This document shows, one piece after another, positions 61,301-64,000 of a stretch of DNA of 64,000 nucleotides (the stretch's first letter is position 1; each line of letters begins with the position of its first letter). The DNA is from Lepidodermella squamata. Taxonomy: Eukaryota > Animalia > Gastrotricha. Both the position numbers and the translations under genes were made by a program. The notes below the pieces were generated by a model. The model worked only from the letters and a program-made list of their open reading frames with translations, searched no databases and was not told the DNA's origin. The stretch spans positions 1,860,001-1,924,000 of the forward strand of contig JBLDXI010000032.1 in NCBI GenBank assembly GCA_047495785.1, given 5' to 3'.

Positions 61301-64000
61301 ATGGGCAGTTGCGGGTCAACGCAGGGTCACGAGATGCCTCCGCAGCAAGAAAAAACCAAGACTGAACCGCCTTCTACGCGACCTGAGAAAGGTCCACCGC
61401 AACAACCGACACAATCAACGCAAGAAATAGTGAAACCACGCGATGTAGCTTATCAAACGCCAAATAATAAAGTGAAGCAGTTATTGGGAAACTACAAAGG
61501 TACGGCTCATGACGAATTCGTGATTTCGACCGTTGATCAATTTTTCGGACGAGATGATTTTGTCAATCAAATTTTGAACAAACACATAGCCACCACAAAC
61601 AATGCTCCAGCTCTAATGCTTTACGGAGAATCTGGAACTGGAAAAAGTGCAGTATTGGCGGGGCTAAGCCGGAGATGCATGGCTATGGCCGCAAAAACTG
61701 AGCTTCCTAAGTATGTTTTCCTGCAGTAACGATTAACTCCGTTTTTAACATCGTTTTTGTATAAAGGACATCTTCAGGGAGACCATGGAGAGTTTTCTAT
61801 CACTTTATTGGCACAGTACCAGGCTCAACAGATTTGTTGGCAATGCTACGACGTATGCTGTTCGAGCTTCAAATAGTTGCTACAGAATGGGACCTGCCTT
61901 CGAAGCTCGAAGATGCAATAGGTCTCGTTTGCAGCGCATTAGCAAAACCCTCGTTGGAAAACTACATAATAATCTTGGATGGGTTGAACCTCATCGATGA
62001 AATCAACAACAAAGACGCTCCTATTACTTGGCTTCCGATGAACCCAGCTCCAAATGTCAGGTTAGTCGTCTCGTCGATACCCGAATGTGGCCAGTATCAG
62101 CAAATGAAAAAGGTATATTCCTCGTGGGTCTTCACGCAAATTCCACCGCTGGCTGTTGCGGCAAAACAGCAAATGGTGTCTTGCATTGCGTCACAGTAAG
62201 TTCGATTTTGAGATAGTTATTCTATAGATATTTGAGATATTGAGATGCAAGCAATGTTTTTAAAAATTAGGCGGCTCGCCCTCAAGAGCGAAATTTTGCA
62301 AGCTTTATTCTCGAAGCCGATATCTGACAACGCAATGTGGCTTACATTAGCTACCGAAGAGCTATGCCATACGAAATTTCAAACCAGCGAAGAGTATTTG
62401 CGCCTTATTGCCTCTTTTCCTGACTCATTGGAAGAAATGTGCGAGATGGTTTTGGAAAGACTCGAGAAAAGTACGAACTCTAGAATGAAAGTATCAGTTT
62501 TGTGCATGCTCGAATGCGCGGTCAACGGTCTCGTCTTGGAGGAAATTTTCGAATTGCTGGCTGTTCCAAACCTTCTTCCCAGTGCTCTTGTTAAAATAAT
62601 TCAAGCAAAGGGCGGCCTCAGCGAACCGGAGCAACCTTATGATCTCGCCTCATTGACAGAGAAAAAGCAGGTTGACTTCGGAGTATGGAAACAAGTAGAA
62701 GAATCGATCAGCTTTTACGTTCGTACTTTCGTCATCAATGCGAAAAACAGATTAGACTTCTGTCATCCATCTTTCAGCCGAGCTGTCCGTCAGCGTTACC
62801 TGCTCTCAACGCGCAAAGTTGACTCGATGTATCGAAATAAAATAATTTTGTACTGGTTTCACAACCGCTTGGGATCTTACTTCAAATCTCAATGTCCAGA
62901 TATAAAGCGCCGATGCGAGTGTTTCCCAATTCATGCCCACCGTTCAAACGACTCTGCTAGCCTCATCACATTTCTTTCGGACTGGGCCAACTTTGACACG
63001 ATGTACGACAAGGAGTTCTCCAGACCATTAAATAAGGCGTGGACTTACGTCTATGATCTAATTACCAAGGCCAATCGCAGAGATAAGCGTGGTAAAGTTG
63101 ATCAGACCTCTTCATCGGAGAAGTCGCCATCAAGCGTTGAACTGTTCAAACCAATGTGTGAGGCATACCTGGCTGAACTCTCAAAGAAATATCCCCTCAG
63201 CGGCGATGAATCACTAGCAAAAGCTAGTAAACCACAAAGGGATGCGTTTTCGGACCGATGTGAACGTGTGGCAACAATATTCTGTCAGAACGGTTGCTTT
63301 GATTTGGCGGTCAGCATCGTGGACCGAGTGTTGATCTTCGTGCAGATGGGGGGCAGAAGTGGAGACGATGTTGAATATCAACTGCAGTATGCCTCACTGA
63401 TGAACCTCAAAGGTGTGATCATTGATAAGAAAAATCGATCTATCGATTATATGTCGAGCGATCAGCTTCCTATCCTTCTGGCAGCACGCGTCTGCTTCGA
63501 AGAGTCAATAGCTATTTTCAGAGACAAAGCTCCAGCTGATGACAGAATCGGGAAAAGCCTCAATCGCTTGGCTTTCACTTACAGCGGAATACAACTACGT
63601 GGGGGTCATGATACTATCAGTGAAGGTGACGCCCATCAGGCTGCTCTAAGATCAATCGACAGTGCATTGGCGTTTTTCATGCCGCTCAAAAATCAGCATG
63701 CAAACTTGGCGGATTGCTATATTACTCGAGGTGTGTGCGAAGGAAAGGCGTGCGATGCCCAGATCGATTTTTATTTGCGTGCCTTCAATGTTATAGTGGA
63801 AGAATTTGGATACTATCACATTCTGTTGGATCGGCTTTATTGCAACATGGCAATTTATTATGAAGAAAGCGGTAACGCGGATAAAGCCTTCGAATTTTTC
63901 CGGAGATGGTATGAGCTTGCTACGATATTGTACGGTCCTACACACCCAACTTCACTTCGTACGATTCGAACCCTCCAAGAAGAAACGTATGCTAAGCTAG
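61301..64000 (+). CDS. STAND-4: NACHT-TPR paralogue lacking DUF4062, predicted N-myristoylated; 3' end runs off the window
   Basis: Starts MGSCGST, then a Pro/Gln linker leading directly to HDEF..FFGRDDFV and Walker A GESGTGKS (about 61625); IIILDGLNLI. Intron at about 62197-62270, then an open frame absent from the ORF track with DNAMWLTLATEEL, LDFCHPSFSRAVR and LADCYITRGVCEG to the window end. Confidence 0.85.

Noticed and set aside
62200-64000. STAND-4 as a truncated pseudogene, since the ORF track shows no long ORF here
   Set aside because: Manual translation after the intron ending at about 62270 gives conserved motifs in one frame up to the window edge; the track likely omitted it because there is no stop codon inside the window.

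Overview
Compact, intron-rich eukaryotic DNA, most likely from an invertebrate. Most introns are about 45-60 bp GT-AG, so the ORF track fragments the genes. From left to right: (1) a large Gln/Pro-rich gene with a C-terminal EF-hand region (+, about 774-8512); (2) a minus-strand trio of QSOX, a 3-exon 78-aa secreted Cys-rich peptide that the ORF track does not assemble, and CHD1L/ALC1; (3) a co-oriented + strand array of about 47.5 kb holding seven genes from two families. Four are NACHT/STAND-TPR genes (three with an N-terminal DUF4062/TIR-like domain; TEP1/NPHP3/TTC41-like), arranged one upstream and three downstream of three giant kinase-less ROCO genes. The ROCO architecture is Cys-LRR, degenerate Roc-COR, MBT (1-2 repeats), LRR, Roc, COR, a TIR lacking the catalytic Glu, a TIR with the Glu, and a CaaX box. 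Three of the four STAND proteins start with an MGxxx[S/T]+Cys myristoylation/palmitoylation motif, and all three ROCO proteins end in SRAC-x-x-Q-stop. Spacers as short as 77-244 bp with AG acceptors just before the ATGs suggest an operon resolved by trans-splicing. The best candidate for an undescribed system is this doubly lipid-anchored STAND + ROCO-TIR module (innate-immune or ciliary signalling). One STAND paralogue has a 2.8-kb intron absent from its paralogues, containing an inverted-repeat element and a decayed LINE fragment. Gene models were spliced by eye; no database searches were run.
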